Assembly (NCBI GenBank): GCA_964549475.1
Contig: CAZJXH010000002.1
Coordinates: 1 to 47,858, forward strand
DNA: 47,858 bases
Source of the DNA: an uncultured Oscillospiraceae bacterium
GTDB lineage: Bacteria; Bacillota; Clostridia; Saccharofermentanales; UBA5734
Direction: 5' to 3'
Part shown: positions 36,338 to 45,040 of the stretch, piece by piece
Layout of the letters: each line of letters begins with the position of its first letter
How positions within the stretch are numbered: position 1 is the stretch's first letter
Translations under genes and position numbers: made by a program
Notes under the pieces: generated by a model
What the model saw: the letters and a program-made list of their open reading frames with translations, nothing else
Databases searched by the model: none
Told to the model about the DNA's origin: nothing

Positions 36338-37606
36338 TTGAAAAACTTTAAAGTCTATAAATACAGATGGATTGTTCTTTTGTCGATGATTCCGGTTTTG
36401 ATTGTAACACAAATGTTCTGGCTTTCTTTTGCTCCTATAACAGGTGACGCAGAAAAATATTATCATGTTTCTCCTTTGGGAATAGCGTTATTATCCATGA
36501 GCTATATGGTTGTATATATCATCATGGCGATTCCCGCATCCTGGCTTGTCGACACCAAAGGATTCCGTATCGCCATGGGGTTCGGGGCGATAATAACAGC
36601 AGTCTTCGGGATGATGAGAGGGCTTTTCGCATCGAATTTCACTATTGTTGTAATAGCACAGATAGGAGTGGCAATCGGGCAGCCTTTCCTGATGAATTCT
36701 ACGACAAAGGCCGCCGCGAAATGGTTCCCAGTGAACGAAAGAGCAACAGCAATAGGTATTACAAGCATGGCGGGCTATATTGGAATGGTCATCGCTTTGA
36801 TTCTCACGCCTTTGCTTGCGAATTCATATGGTATAGCAAATATGCTCATGATATACGGGTATGTTGCAGTTGGCTGCGCAGTGATATTCCTTGCTTTTTC
36901 AAGAGAACGCCCCGAAACACCGCCAGGACAGGAAGAAGTCATTATTACCAAGCTAAATTTCAAAGATGTGAAAACCATCCTATACAATAAAAATTTTGTA
37001 TACCTTTCGATCAGCTTTTTTGTCATCATGGGGGTTTTTAATGCCATTATGACGTGGATTGAAGATATGCTCAGACCAAAGGGGATTTCTCCCGAACAGG
37101 CCGGGCTAATCGGTGGGAGCATGGTCGTCGTGGGACTTATCGGTGCCATCTTGCTGCCTGCATTGTCAGATAAAATGCGGAATAGAAGGTCCTTTCTGGT
37201 ATGGCCGATTGTTGGTGCGATTCCAGGGCTTGTAGGGTTGACCTTCTTTTCGGATTTTACTTTATTAATGATCTCGGCGGCTATTATGGGTTTCTTCATT
37301 ATGGGGATGGGACCCGTTGCTTTCCAATATGGGACAGAAATAGCATACCCCATTCCTGAAGGCACCTCCTATGGAATATTGATGATGATGGGACAAATCT
37401 CCGGAATCATTTTCATCTGTTTTATGAATGTCCTAAGGACTCCTTCGACCGGGGCGATGACACTTTCCATGGTGATACTTACGGTGATGGTGGCTGCATC
37501 GCTGCTTGTTATTGTCAGGCTGAAAGAATCGCGTCTGATTACTGAAAATAAGCAGGAGGCAAATAGTGAAGTCCAACAGCCAGCTTCTGATTTTGATAGA
37601 AAGTAA
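36338..37606 (+). CDS. MFS transporter
   Basis: TTG start 7 nt after AGGAGGAA. 422 aa with about 12 hydrophobic helices and a central loop around aa 190-210. Confidence 0.85.
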   Translation: MKNFKVYKYRWIVLLSMIPVLIVTQMFWLSFAPITGDAEKYYHVSPLGIALLSMSYMVVYIIMAIPASWLVDTKGFRIAMGFGAIITAVFGMMRGLFASNFTIVVIAQIGVAIGQPFLMNSTTKAAAKWFPVNERATAIGITSMAGYIGMVIALILTPLLANSYGIANMLMIYGYVAVGCAVIFLAFSRERPETPPGQEEVIITKLNFKDVKTILYNKNFVYLSISFFVIMGVFNAIMTWIEDMLRPKGISPEQAGLIGGSMVVVGLIGAILLPALSDKMRNRRSFLVWPIVGAIPGLVGLTFFSDFTLLMISAAIMGFFIMGMGPVAFQYGTEIAYPIPEGTSYGILMMMGQISGIIFICFMNVLRTPSTGAMTLSMVILTVMVAASLLVIVRLKESRLITENKQEANSEVQQPASDFDRK

Positions 37607-37719
37607 AATGGAAAGCAAGTATATCAGGGATGAAACAATCCGGTTTGTTTCTATGATAAAGGAAGGAAATAGGTTATGGCCTAAAATTCGAATGGCCGCA
37701 TTCACGATTCGCAAGTATT

Positions 37720-37938
37720 TCACAGAACTGCATCATTGCGTGGTGGTTGTGGAAAAGAACCCAGCCACCTCCCGCCAAAGACCTCGATGTATTTTTCATA
37801 GGAATCGGGGAAGCGTTTGAGGATGATATTCCGCAGTGCTTTTATCCTGCCTGTCCATGACATGAAACTATTAATAAAAATCCACCTCCTTTTCTGGTTC
37901 TTATTCATCGTCCTCTCATGATTCCTCAACCATATCAA
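37720..37938 (-). pseudogene. remnant of a Dam-type (D12 class) N6-adenine DNA methyltransferase, N-terminal about 55 aa with a frameshift
   Basis: FMSWTGRIKALRNIILKRFPDSYEKYIEVFGG matches the F..W.GGK...L...I / Y.EPF.GGG N-terminal motifs. The GGGG motif is disrupted (a +1 frame reads FGGGGWVLF), and family similarity is lost after about 37745. Confidence 0.5.
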
Positions 37939-38032
37939 ACTGAAACGATTGCAATTAATATGACAAAAAGATAAGATTGAGAGTAGATATTAAATTACTG
38001 CTTTTCCAATGGCAGGAACGGAGCGAAACAAA

Positions 38033-38887
38033 ATGAAAAAGCGAATTCTTGGGAAAACAGGCTTTGAGGTAAGCATTCTTGGTTTCGGAGGTATTATAGT
38101 TGATCAGATGGAACAACGCGATGCCAATAATGCCGTTTCGGAAGTTATTGACTGGGGCGTTAATTATTTCGATGTTGCTCCGACGTATGGCAAGGCACAA
38201 TATATCTTAGGCCCGGCGTTAGCCCCTTACCGGAATACAGTATATTTGGCCTGTAAAACAGAGAAAAGAGATGCCAGGGGTTCCGAAGAGCAGCTTCATG
38301 AATCCTTAAAAGCTTTGAAAACGGATTATTTCGACATATATCAGTTTCATAGCCTTGATAATCCTGATGAGATAAAAACTGTTTTTGCCTCAGGCGGAGC
38401 AATGGAAACAATGATGAAAGCGAAGGAACGGGGACTAATCCGCAATATCGGTTTTACCTGCCATACTGAAGAGGGGGCGTTTGAGATCATGAAGCATTAT
38501 AATGATTTCAGTTCTGTGCTTTTCCCAATCAATTGGGCATGCTGGCTTGAAAAGGGGATTGGCGGCAAGCTGCTTACAGAAGCAACAGCACGTAATATGG
38601 GAGTCATCGCAATTAAGGGATTAGCTCACCGAAAGTGGCTTGATAATGAGGAAAGGGTCTATTCCAAATGTTGGTATAAACCTATATTTGACGATGACGA
38701 ATTGGCTGATCTTGCCTTCCGGTTTACCCTGTCAATGGATATTGATACCGCCATATCTCCCGGTGATATACGTATGATAAGGAAAGCGCATGATATCCTC
38801 AAAAACAGTAAAAGTTTTACACTTTCACAGGAGGAACTTGCGATACTTACAACCAAAGCTCGGGAGATTACAGAGATTTTATTTTAA
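38033..38887 (+). CDS. aldo/keto reductase
   Basis: The ATG at 38033 gives MKKRILGKTGFEVSILGFGG. Also present: NYFDVAPTYG and LKTDYFDIYQFHS. Confidence 0.88.
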   Translation: MKKRILGKTGFEVSILGFGGIIVDQMEQRDANNAVSEVIDWGVNYFDVAPTYGKAQYILGPALAPYRNTVYLACKTEKRDARGSEEQLHESLKALKTDYFDIYQFHSLDNPDEIKTVFASGGAMETMMKAKERGLIRNIGFTCHTEEGAFEIMKHYNDFSSVLFPINWACWLEKGIGGKLLTEATARNMGVIAIKGLAHRKWLDNEERVYSKCWYKPIFDDDELADLAFRFTLSMDIDTAISPGDIRMIRKAHDILKNSKSFTLSQEELAILTTKAREITEILF

Positions 38888-38934
38888 TATCACTGGTTTT
38901 ATAATTTTATCAAGCGCACAAGGCTTCCGGAAAT

Positions 38935-39045
38935 CACGGTTCATGGGTTCGGCAAAAATTCATTACGTTGATGATTTCGAAGGGGATCGATATTGTGACG
39001 GTGACTGATTTGGTCGGACACTCGATGCCATGGACTGTATTCCAC
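38935..39045 (+). pseudogene. C-terminal remnant of a tyrosine recombinase/integrase
   Basis: FITLMISKGIDIVTVTDLVGHS resembles the conserved ...F.T.L...G.DI.TV..LLGHS box of phage-type integrases. The upstream part is split over frames (ITVHG... in another frame), and there is no N-terminal domain. Confidence 0.4.
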
Positions 39046-39074
39046 AGAGACAAACATATTAATTGCAGCAGGAG

Positions 39075-39121
39075 TGTACAAATACACTTCAATTGCATAC
39101 AATATGAAGTGTATTTGTACA
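39075..39121. repeat. 17-bp perfect inverted repeat with a 13-nt loop
   Basis: TGTACAAATACACTTCA (39075-39091) and TGAAGTGTATTTGTACA (39105-39121). There is no flanking U-tract. Confidence 0.85.
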
Positions 39122-39253
39122 AAACAAAAGGAAGTACGCTGAATGAATAATATTGAATCAATTTAAACAATGCTAAAGCAGAATAAGTGAAAGGATTAAA
39201 CCCTTACGCATGAATCGATCCGGTTAATTTTTACAGAAATTTGCAGTATACCT

Positions 39254-39505
39254 ATGGAAGATGATATTGTATTTGAAATCGTCAGTATCGCAGACATCCG
39301 TGAAACTGACGATTATCCAGGTATTAGGGTTGCTCTCAAAGCAAATTATTCGCCAATCAGTGTTCCACTTGCAGGAGGACTTTCGGGCAAACTTCAAAAT
39401 GGGGATATTGTAAGTGTGCTTTTAGCAGATGAAATGGATAAAAGTCATCACTACTGTCATTATTATATAGAGTTTTGTTTGAATCTCTGCTGCTTTAATA
39501 TTTAA
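39254..39505 (+). pseudogene. fragment of an AbiEii/AbiGii-type nucleotidyltransferase toxin (about 39 aa of similarity) fused to unrelated sequence
   Basis: DDIVFEIVSIADIRETDDYPGIRVALKANYSPISVPL resembles the central region of DUF1814/AbiEii proteins, which are normally about 280-300 aa. There is no AbiEi partner and no N-terminal NTase motif. Confidence 0.45.
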
Positions 39506-39564
39506 AAGCAAAAAATATTTGTCGATAATTCATCTTTTGCATTTTTCTGCCGGAACAATTCTTT

Positions 39565-40569
39565 TTAGGTAGAATGACGAGTAATGATACGCGGGGTAAG
39601 CAATATCTGTCTTTTGTCGGAGGCTACCTCTTTTTTTTGTATAAGATCATGTAATAATATCATTCCCTGATAACCTTGACAATAACCGTAAATGTCCACC
39701 GTTGACAAACTGGGAGTCATTAATTCACAGTGATCAATATTATCATATCCGATGACTGCGATTTGTTCTGGTACAGAAATACCACGTTCTTGAAGCAGCT
39801 TCAGCACACCCATTGCCATAATATCATTGAAGGTAAAGACAGCACGTTTATTAAATCCGTTATCTAGAAGTTTACTCATAGTCTGATATGCCGCAGGCCA
39901 GGAAGGATCTGTTTCGTATATTTCTACAAGATCGCGGTCAAGTCCATTATCGTATACACATTGTAAAAATCCGTCACGTCTGTCGGAAGCCGGGGATAAA
40001 TACAGAGGGGCGCTCAAATATAGAAAAGAGCGGTATCCTTTTTGCAGCAAATATTCGCACGTAGAATAACCTCCCATCCAGTCACTGCTTATGACGCTGT
40101 ATATGGTATCATCCTTAAAGGTACGCCCGATCAGAACGAATGGAAGAGTGGTACACTTCAATTTTTCTATGTTGCTGGTATCTTCTAGCGAAGGGCACAT
40201 GACGATTCCCTCAACCTGATGATTGAGCATAGCATTAATGGCCTGTCTTTCATCGGCAGCTTTTTCATTGGAGGTTGAAAACAGAATGGTATATCCATTT
40301 TCTTTACATATGGCCTCAACGCCTTTATACATACCGCTGTATACAGGGTTCAGAATGTCTGGCATGATAAAACCGATCGTGTGTGATTTCTGTGTGCGCA
40401 GAGTGCAGGCTAGGAAATTTTTTTTATATTTCATCTCGGATGCTTTCATCCGTACCCGTTCTTTTGTCTCTTCTGATATATCAGGCATATCACGCAATGC
40501 TCTTGACACTGCAGTTGCGGATAAATTCAATTCGTTTGCGATATCCTTGATAGTTATACTGCCGTTCAT
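39565..40569 (-). CDS. LacI family transcriptional regulator
   Basis: HTH ITIKDIANELNLSATAVSRALRD plus a sugar-binding core. AGGTGA lies upstream of the ATG. Confidence 0.92.
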   Translation of the reverse strand: MNGSITIKDIANELNLSATAVSRALRDMPDISEETKERVRMKASEMKYKKNFLACTLRTQKSHTIGFIMPDILNPVYSGMYKGVEAICKENGYTILFSTSNEKAADERQAINAMLNHQVEGIVMCPSLEDTSNIEKLKCTTLPFVLIGRTFKDDTIYSVISSDWMGGYSTCEYLLQKGYRSFLYLSAPLYLSPASDRRDGFLQCVYDNGLDRDLVEIYETDPSWPAAYQTMSKLLDNGFNKRAVFTFNDIMAMGVLKLLQERGISVPEQIAVIGYDNIDHCELMTPSLSTVDIYGYCQGYQGMILLHDLIQKKEVASDKRQILLTPRIITRHST

Positions 40570-40618
40570 ATGCTCACCTACTTTCGAATATATTTCTACA
40601 CTTTACCGGGAAAAACCC

Positions 40619-40672
40619 TTGACAAAATAAAAAAGAAGATATACAATCCACCTATGACTTTATCGTTAAAGT
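40619..40672 (+). promoter_or_regulatory. promoter P1 (TTGACA, 17-nt spacer, TACAAT) plus operator-like site ACTTTATCGTTAAAGT
   Basis: Hexamers lie at 40619-40624 and 40642-40647. The pseudo-palindrome with a central CG (40657-40672) starts 10 nt after the -10 element. Confidence 0.45.
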
Positions 40673-40819
40673 GATCTAAAAAATATAGCTTCTTGATAAT
40701 ATAATATTGCATACAAAATAAAAAGCTATTTTTTGATTCTACTTCATTAAAAATTATTTGTCAAATAATTTTAAAATTTTATTCATAAATAATTCATAAT
40801 TGATTCATTATAAAAAAAC

Positions 40820-40878
40820 TTGACAGGGATAAAACCTAGAAGTATACTCTATTTATAATTTTTACTTTAACGATAAAG
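40820..40878 (+). promoter_or_regulatory. promoter P2 (TTGACA, 17-nt spacer, TATACT) plus operator-like site ACTTTAACGATAAAG
   Basis: Hexamers lie at 40820-40825 and 40843-40848. The site at 40864-40878 is the exact reverse complement of CTTTATCGTTAAAGT at 40658-40672. Confidence 0.5.
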
Positions 40879-40995
40879 CTTTAAAATATAGAATGATTAT
40901 CCGATCATATTATTGAGATTTGACAAGAGGACATGCCTCAATATTAGCTTCTTGATAAAATCATAACAAATATTAAACATGGTGGTGAAAAGAAT

Positions 40996-41958
40996 TTGGA
41001 AAGAAGAGCATTTGGTAAAACAGATATGAAAGTAAGTGCATTTTGCCTCGGAGCGATGCGTTTTGGCTGGGCGGAACCACCGGAGAAATCCTTGGAGAGA
41101 TTAGCTCAATTCGAACAAGCAGGCGGTAACTTTATTGATACCGCAAACAACTATGCAGCTCATCATCTTGGGAAAAAAGATTATTATGGTGCCGATTTTT
41201 CATCCTTTGTGGATGGAGAAAACGAACGTTTTATCGGAAAATGGATGGCTAGTCGCGGTAACAGAAATAATGTAATAATCGGCACAAAACTTGGATTTGA
41301 CTATCCGGGGGTTGCGTATGGAACAAGTGCCCATCAGATCAAAGAAGAATGTGAAAAAAGCTTGAAACGCCTGCAAACCGATTATGTCGATATTTTATAT
41401 CTTCATACCGATGACCGTTCCACACCATTGGAAGAAACATTGACAGCACTTGACAGGTTAGTGAAAGAAGGAAAAGTACGCTATATCGGTGTCAGCAATT
41501 TTACTGCATGGCGTTTGTCCAAAGCTCAGTCAGAAATACAACGTTTAGGCTTGACCCCGTTATGCTGCATTCAACAGAAACATTCATACCTTTACCCTAA
41601 GCCCGGCTGGGACTTCGGTGTGCAGCTTACAGTAAATAATGAATTATTGGATCTGGTATCAAACAGCGACTTGGAACTCTTAGCTTATTCGCCATTATTA
41701 GGCGGATTTTACAACAACGATGATTCGCATCTGCCTTGCGGTTACGGAGGAAATGAGAAACGACTGGCTTCTTTGAAGCAAATCGCCACTGAGGTCGGTG
41801 CGACCAAAAACCAGCTAGTATATTATTGGCTAATGCACAGTGACCCGAAAGTGATTCCTTTGATTTCGTGCGATACCTCGGAGCAGTTTGAAGAAGCTCT
41901 TGGAGCTTTAGAGTTAAAATTAACAGAAGAACAAATGGATATTTTAAACAAAGCATAA
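40996..41958 (+). CDS. aldo/keto reductase
   Basis: TTG start after GGTGGTGA. Motifs present: FGKTDMKVSAFCLGAMRFG, NFIDTANNY, LQTDYVDILYLHTDD and VRYIGVSNF. Confidence 0.88.
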   Translation: MERRAFGKTDMKVSAFCLGAMRFGWAEPPEKSLERLAQFEQAGGNFIDTANNYAAHHLGKKDYYGADFSSFVDGENERFIGKWMASRGNRNNVIIGTKLGFDYPGVAYGTSAHQIKEECEKSLKRLQTDYVDILYLHTDDRSTPLEETLTALDRLVKEGKVRYIGVSNFTAWRLSKAQSEIQRLGLTPLCCIQQKHSYLYPKPGWDFGVQLTVNNELLDLVSNSDLELLAYSPLLGGFYNNDDSHLPCGYGGNEKRLASLKQIATEVGATKNQLVYYWLMHSDPKVIPLISCDTSEQFEEALGALELKLTEEQMDILNKA

Positions 41959-41971
41959 GGAGGGATTAATT

Positions 41972-43285
41972 ATGAACAGCAAAAAGAAATTTGTTGCAAC
42001 AATGATGGCATTGATAGTAATGACTGGATTACTGGCAAGTTGTGGCGGTACTACTGGGGAAAATGAGTCACAGAAAGGTACACAGACAAGTCCCAAAGAA
42101 AGCAGCTCCGCAAAAAACACGAAAAATATAGCCTTTTGGACATGGGATACCTCAGGTCCGTATTTAGTGGAGTGCTTTAACAAAAAATATCCGGATATAA
42201 CGGTCGATGTGACAGTCGTACCTGACTATTACACAAAGATCACACAGGTTTTAGCAACAGGAGCCGACGTACCTGATGTCATGATGGTGGAAAGCTCTTT
42301 TTATGGAGTGATGGCAAACAATATTGTTCTTGAAGATCTGGAATCAGCTCCCTATAATGCAGCTGAACTCAAAGAGAAGTTCTACTCATTCTGGTATGAG
42401 AACGGCAGAGGTACGGACGGCGTATTGCGCATAATACCGAATTCTCCGGGGATGGGCGCATTTTTCTATCGCCGTGACATTGCGGAACAGTTATTAGGCT
42501 CTGGAGAACCTGAGGTCGTGGAGGAAAAGCTTTCCGATTGGGATAAAATGTTTGAATTCGGCGTTCAGCTCAAAGAAAAATACGGGAAGTACATTATTTC
42601 CAGTGCTAACACCGTTTATGCTTCCGTGCTCAATCAGACGGGAGAACCAATTGTCAAGGACGGCAAAGTAAACACTGAAATATTTATAAAAGCGATGAAT
42701 GTCGCAAATAAATTTCGTAATGCGGGGATCGACGCGAAGCAGGCGGATTCTTCGCCGGAACTCGCGGCCGGACTGGTCGGAGGCGAAGTGTTTGGCTATA
42801 TTTACGGCAGCTGGGGTGAAAAATATGTTATCGAAGCCGCCGTTGACAACACGCAAAACGGACTTTGGGGAGTTGCCGCAGTGCCGGGCGGGACTTACAG
42901 CAGCGGAGGAAACGGATTTGCTGTCCCGAGCGATTCAAAAAAGAAAGATCTGGCATGGACTTTCATTCGGTTCATAACTACTGATGTGGAAATGCAGAGC
43001 AATCAGCTTAAAGAATATTCCTGTTTTCCTGCATTTATAGAGGCAACGAAAGACAAGTTTTTTTCGGAACCGGTCGAATTGTTCAAGGGCCAGTTGGCAA
43101 GAGAAAAGTATGCACAACTAGCTAATAAAATAGTCTTTCTGCCACGCACTAAATATGATTCATCTGTTTATGCAGTCATGAGTAAATATACAGAAGGTGT
43201 GTTCAACGGAGAAATGAAGGCGGAGGAAGCCGTTGATATGATGGAGCGTGAAGTAAGACAGCAGTTTACCGAATTAACAAAATGA
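41972..43285 (+). CDS. sugar ABC transporter substrate-binding lipoprotein (family 1)
   Basis: Signal peptide with lipobox LLASCGG and a family-1 SBP core. AGGAGGG lies upstream. Confidence 0.9.
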   Translation: MNSKKKFVATMMALIVMTGLLASCGGTTGENESQKGTQTSPKESSSAKNTKNIAFWTWDTSGPYLVECFNKKYPDITVDVTVVPDYYTKITQVLATGADVPDVMMVESSFYGVMANNIVLEDLESAPYNAAELKEKFYSFWYENGRGTDGVLRIIPNSPGMGAFFYRRDIAEQLLGSGEPEVVEEKLSDWDKMFEFGVQLKEKYGKYIISSANTVYASVLNQTGEPIVKDGKVNTEIFIKAMNVANKFRNAGIDAKQADSSPELAAGLVGGEVFGYIYGSWGEKYVIEAAVDNTQNGLWGVAAVPGGTYSSGGNGFAVPSDSKKKDLAWTFIRFITTDVEMQSNQLKEYSCFPAFIEATKDKFFSEPVELFKGQLAREKYAQLANKIVFLPRTKYDSSVYAVMSKYTEGVFNGEMKAEEAVDMMEREVRQQFTELTK

Positions 43286-44196
43286 AAATGGAGTCGGCGA
43301 TGAAAACAAAAAACTATAACCGTAAATTTAGCATAACCCCATATATCTATATTGCTCCATTTTTTATCGGGTATGGGATATTTGCTTTATATCCGACATT
43401 TTATGCTTTGTTTTTAAGTTTATTCAACTGGGGTGGAGTGGGTCCGAAAATATTCGTAGGACTGCAGAACTATATCAATGCCTTCCAAAATGAATTTTTC
43501 TGGAACTCTCTACTCATTTCGTTCAAATACATTTTAATAGGTCCGGTTACAACCTTTCTCGCGTTGATATTGTCTTTCATATTAAGCAATAAAATGGTGA
43601 AAGGCACCAATCTTTACCGCATAACTTATTTTCTGCCGCAGATCACCATGCCTGTTGCCATCGGATTACTGTTCCGTATTCTTTTAGGTTGGGATTACGG
43701 GATACTTAATAAAGTTCTGATTGCCATGAACTTGATAAATACACCAATAAACTGGCTCGGTGACCCCAATAATATTTTCTGGTGTGTTCTTATCGTCGTT
43801 GTATGGCGCTATTTCGGAATACATATCATCATTTATCTGGGAGGAATACGTTCCATTGATCCGGCCCTATATGAAGCGGCAAGAATCGACGGCGCCAATC
43901 AGTGGAAAGTCTTCAGCCGCATTACCCTGCCGCTGCTCAAGCCATATATAGTATATTTGCTTATAACCGGTATAAATGGCTCCATTAATCTGTTCGACGA
44001 GCCCATGATGCTGTTCGGCGTGAGTGGAGGTCCTTACGGTGCAGGACAGAATGCTGGACTATTTATTTATCAGGCGATTTTTGTAAATAATCAATGGGGA
44101 TACGGTTCTGCGCTCTCCTTTATCGTATTTGTAATAGTCGCAGCATTATCTCTCTTGTTTTTTCGCATTAACTACCGCAAAGGAATGGAGGGATAA
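43282..44196 (+). CDS. carbohydrate ABC transporter permease (MalF/UgpA-like)
   Basis: EAA loop ALYEAARIDGANQWKVFSRITLP and six TM segments. An alternative start is the ATG at 43300. Confidence 0.9.
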   Translation: MKMESAMKTKNYNRKFSITPYIYIAPFFIGYGIFALYPTFYALFLSLFNWGGVGPKIFVGLQNYINAFQNEFFWNSLLISFKYILIGPVTTFLALILSFILSNKMVKGTNLYRITYFLPQITMPVAIGLLFRILLGWDYGILNKVLIAMNLINTPINWLGDPNNIFWCVLIVVVWRYFGIHIIIYLGGIRSIDPALYEAARIDGANQWKVFSRITLPLLKPYIVYLLITGINGSINLFDEPMMLFGVSGGPYGAGQNAGLFIYQAIFVNNQWGYGSALSFIVFVIVAALSLLFFRINYRKGMEG

Positions 44197-44199
44197 TGA

Positions 44200-45030
44200 A
44201 TGAATTTCGTTCGAATCACACGTAAGATCCTGTTGAATTTTATTTTGTTCGCTATAATGATTATATGCCTTATCCCCTTTTGGTGGGTATTTGTCATGGC
44301 AACATGGAAGAACGGCGCGCTGTTTTCCGAAATACCAATGATACCCGGCGATCAGTTTTTTATTAATCTAAACGTATTAATCGGAAAAATCGATATACTA
44401 CATAGCTTCTTCAATAGTGCTTTTGTCAGCGTATCCGCCACCCTGATGACGTTGTTCTTTTCTGCTTTGGCAGCATACGCATTTTCAAAGCATCGTTTTC
44501 GTGGAAAAGAAATGCTATTCATGTTCATTATAATAACGATGTTTATGCCAGGACAGTTATCATTCGTAGGTTTTGTCCGTGAAATGAAAGCATGGGGTTT
44601 GCTGGATACTCTATGGGCGCTGGTCTTGCCTAATCTCGGCTCAGGCATGGCGATTTTCATCATGCGAGGATATATTTCGGAAAGTGTGAATGACAGCCTG
44701 ATAGACGCCGCGAAAATTGACGGATGTAAGGACTTTTCCATTTTTATTCGCATCGTTTTCCCTCTTGTTAAGCCGATTATAGCTTCTCTTGGCATATTGA
44801 CGTTCATGGGGAGCTGGAATAGCTATGCAGGCCCGTTGGTTATTCTATATTCATCCAGAAATTATACGCTTCCGCTTGCGATAGCTACCGTAAACGGGGT
44901 TTTCAACACGAACTTTGCTGTTACCTGTGTAGGTATTTTTCTTGTAACGTTACCGATGATTATCGTGTATTTGTTTTTTTCCCGTTATTTCATTGAGGCT
45001 ATGGCAAACACCGGAGGAGTAAAAGGCTGA
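44200..45030 (+). CDS. carbohydrate ABC transporter permease (MalG/UgpE-like)
   Basis: EAA loop SLIDAAKIDGCKDFSIFIRIVFP and six TM segments. Confidence 0.9.
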   Translation: MNFVRITRKILLNFILFAIMIICLIPFWWVFVMATWKNGALFSEIPMIPGDQFFINLNVLIGKIDILHSFFNSAFVSVSATLMTLFFSALAAYAFSKHRFRGKEMLFMFIIITMFMPGQLSFVGFVREMKAWGLLDTLWALVLPNLGSGMAIFIMRGYISESVNDSLIDAAKIDGCKDFSIFIRIVFPLVKPIIASLGILTFMGSWNSYAGPLVILYSSRNYTLPLAIATVNGVFNTNFAVTCVGIFLVTLPMIIVYLFFSRYFIEAMANTGGVKG

Positions 45031-45040
45031 TAGGAGTTAT

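Noticed and set aside
39254-39505. AbiEii-like ORF as a functional abortive-infection/toxin-antitoxin defence gene.
   Set aside because: Only about 39 residues resemble the family. The ORF is 83 aa against about 290 aa for real toxins, the N-terminal nucleotidyltransferase motif is absent, and no AbiEi antitoxin gene precedes it.
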